Below are positions 61,670-64,000 of a DNA stretch of 64,000 nt, one piece after another. The notes under the pieces were generated by a model. That model saw only the letters and a program-made list of their open reading frames with translations, was not told the origin of the DNA and ran no database searches. Position numbers and translations under genes: made by a program. Each line of letters starts with the position of its first letter. The first letter of the stretch is position 1. This DNA comes from an uncultured Alphaproteobacteria bacterium (GTDB lineage Bacteria; Pseudomonadota; Alphaproteobacteria; CAAHEQ01; UBA3637), in the NCBI GenBank assembly GCA_944392785.1, contig CALXXW010000013.1:52903-116902 (forward strand), written 5' to 3'.

Positions 61670-63501
61670 TAACGTATCTCCCTTGGGTATAACTCCAACG
61701 TTTTTTTCATGATTTTTGATGCCAGAGGAGCTGCCACCTGAGCACCGCCGCCACCATGCTCCACTAAAACGACGATTGCAAAACGCGGTTGATCAACGGG
61801 TGCATACGCAACAAATATAGCATGATCTCTGTATTCTTCGGGCAATTCATCTTGAGATTTAATGCCCTCTTGGCGCTCTTTTAACGAAATTCGCCGTACC
61901 TGAGTTGTTGCCGTCTTTCCGGCCATTTTCTGACCATCCACATCAAACGCTGATGCATGGCCGGTACCTTGTTGTTTATTGACAACACGATTCATACCGG
62001 ACTGGAGTATCCGAATATATTCTTCTTTAAAAAGACGTTCTTTGGGCTCCCGAGACTTTTCAGCGTCTGTTTCATAGATGAGAAAAGGACGTACTTGATA
62101 CCCTCCATTTGCGATTTCAGCCGTTGCTTTAACTAATTGCATCGGCGTTGCATTTAAAAAGCCCTGCCCGATACTCAGATTCAACGTATCTCCCATTCTC
62201 CAAGCATCGTTATAGCGCTCCTCTTTCCATGCTGGAGAAGGAACAAGTCCCGAACGTTCCCCCTTAATATCCTGTTGTGTCGGAGCTCCAAAGCCCAATT
62301 TGCGAGCAGTAGCCAATATCTGCTGTGAACCTATTTTTTGAGACACCTCATAAAAATAGACGTCACACGAGTGCATTAAAGCATTCTCGAGTGTCTCTTC
62401 CCCATGTCCATTCCTTTTCCAACAGTGAAAAATTTGATTTCCCAACTTGGTTTTACCTTGACAATCAACGGTGGTATTTCGCTTAATATCTCCTTTCTCT
62501 AAGCCGGCCAAAGCCACTACCAATTTAAAGATGGAGCCCGGAGAATAACTGCCGGATAGCGCCTTATTCTGTAGCGGCAATCGTTTATTGGTTATCAGTT
62601 GACGCCACTCTTTAGCCGGTATCGGATATGCGAATAAATTCGGATCAAATGTCGGCGCCGAAACAAGGCCTAAAATTTCTCCTGTCTTAACATCCAAAAC
62701 AACACTGGAAGCAGCATATGCCCTCAATACTTCCGTCATATATTTTTGAAGCTCAACATCTATAGTTAAATAAATATCCTCTCCCGGAACCGCCGGTATA
62801 TCTTCTAGGATACGGACCGAGCGACCTTGAGCATTTATTTCCGTTTTCCGCGTACCGGGAATACCTCTTAAGCGTTCTTCTTGACTGCCCTCAATCCCGG
62901 TTCGTCCGATACGATACCCCGGCAAATCGATAAAGGGATTATTGGGATCTGAGCGAACATCGTTTTCATTCAGCAGAGAAACGTATCCCACCACATGTGC
63001 TGTGGCTTTACCTTCCGGATAAAAACGCACCATGCCTTCCTCGGTTTGGATACCGACAAGGTCCGGTGCGTTCAGCTGTAGACGAGCTATTTCTTCATAC
63101 GATAAATTATCTTTTAAGCGAATAGGCATAAAAGCACGTTTCCACGAAATCTCTTTTTCAATCCGTTTTATTTCGTCTTCATCTAGCGGAATAAGCTTTA
63201 AAAAATTGGCCAGCGTTTGACGATAATCCGGAGCGTCCTCCTTAATCAAAACGGCCTGAAATGTTTTTTTATTAACCGCTAATTTAACACCATTTCTATC
63301 ATAAATGAAGCCTCTGCTCGGATGCGTTTGGCGCACGGAGATTCGATTTTTATCGGCCAAAAAACGATATTTTTCTCCTTCCAGAATCTGAAGATAGAAA
63401 ATACGAGACAACAAAATCAGCCCCATCATAACAAAAATACCCGCCAACGCCCAAATGCGCACGGTCATGACTCGTCCTTTTTCATATCCCCACACACTCA
63501 T
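61669..63501 (-). CDS. mrdA: Penicillin-binding protein 2
   Basis: RG.IYDRNG, PGSIFK (SxxK), SCDVYFY, GKTATTQV motifs; flanked by mreD and rodA. Confidence 0.96.
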   Translation of the reverse strand: MSVWGYEKGRVMTVRIWALAGIFVMMGLILLSRIFYLQILEGEKYRFLADKNRISVRQTHPSRGFIYDRNGVKLAVNKKTFQAVLIKEDAPDYRQTLANFLKLIPLDEDEIKRIEKEISWKRAFMPIRLKDNLSYEEIARLQLNAPDLVGIQTEEGMVRFYPEGKATAHVVGYVSLLNENDVRSDPNNPFIDLPGYRIGRTGIEGSQEERLRGIPGTRKTEINAQGRSVRILEDIPAVPGEDIYLTIDVELQKYMTEVLRAYAASSVVLDVKTGEILGLVSAPTFDPNLFAYPIPAKEWRQLITNKRLPLQNKALSGSYSPGSIFKLVVALAGLEKGDIKRNTTVDCQGKTKLGNQIFHCWKRNGHGEETLENALMHSCDVYFYEVSQKIGSQQILATARKLGFGAPTQQDIKGERSGLVPSPAWKEERYNDAWRMGDTLNLSIGQGFLNATPMQLVKATAEIANGGYQVRPFLIYETDAEKSREPKERLFKEEYIRILQSGMNRVVNKQQGTGHASAFDVDGQKMAGKTATTQVRRISLKERQEGIKSQDELPEEYRDHAIFVAYAPVDQPRFAIVVLVEHGGGGAQVAAPLASKIMKKTLELYPREIR

Positions 63502-63995
63502 CCCAAGCCAACACTTTCATCCAAGCGCGAAGCCATCTTCATCAAAAGTGGGTACGCCATCAAAACAAGCACATAACGCATGACAAAACCATCATATAAA
63601 AACGGCATTTGAGTTAATAAACTAAAAACAGCTGCGCTTATGACATCCAAAGCAAATGTGAGTCCCGCAAAAACCAACCAAAGTCGCTGATAACTAAACG
63701 TCATTAACAAACGACTTTTCAGATTGGCTACAAAGAAAAAAAGAACGAGAAAAAATGAACAAAAGCCAAAAGGAGCTTGCGTTAACAAATCAGCATAAAT
63801 ACCTAATAAAAACACACAAATAACATTTAAAAGCATCGGACGATAAACGGCATAAAAAAATATGACCGGCAAGACAAAAGGTATCGGGATTCTATCATAT
63901 GCAATCCATGACACCGGAGCCGTCCCCAGCGTGATTAGAAGAGCCGCAAATAGGAAAGGACAACAAATAACGAACGAACGCCATGAAAAATTCAT
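63498..63995 (-). CDS. mreD: Rod shape-determining protein MreD
   Basis: Hydrophobic 165 aa with F.LG...DLL...P.G; directly upstream of mrdA. Confidence 0.85.
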   Translation of the reverse strand: MNFSWRSFVICCPFLFAALLITLGTAPVSWIAYDRIPIPFVLPVIFFYAVYRPMLLNVICVFLLGIYADLLTQAPFGFCSFFLVLFFFVANLKSRLLMTFSYQRLWLVFAGLTFALDVISAAVFSLLTQMPFLYDGFVMRYVLVLMAYPLLMKMASRLDESVGLG

Positions 63996-64000
63996 GAAGA

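Overview
Core chromosomal segment of a streamlined, probably fermentative and host/gut-associated Alphaproteobacterium. The taxonomy is inferred from cckA, the secB-tim44-mltA-smr cluster, tsaE-amgK, an alphaproteobacterial-type XRE protein and conserved gene order. The window holds about 55 mostly housekeeping CDS (suf operon, psd/pssA, pyk, D-LDH, accD, ihfB, tyrS, serS, prfA/prmC, rodZ, dnaG/rpoD, mfd, trkA, dusB, trmFO, mreD-mrdA-rodA) and two tRNAs (Asn-GTT, Leu-TAA). No CRISPR array, transposase or integrase was seen. Highlights: (1) a dif-like Xer site at 36909-36936 with KOPS motifs converging on it, so probably the replication terminus, yet embedded in a cluster of co-oriented DnaA boxes plus an IHF-like site; (2) an arylsulfotransferase-like domain fused to a GT2 glycosyltransferase next to tRNA-Leu; (3) a complete Na+-type N-ATPase operon (atpDCQRBEFAG); (4) a clostridial-looking SerS at the usual alphaproteobacterial serS position; (5) a degenerate PAS-GGDEF protein with an intact RxxD I-site heading a sugar-catabolism operon; (6) a divergent MetK; (7) two orphan proteins with similar C-termini (N-x-R-N). 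All calls are from motif recognition by eye; no searches were run.
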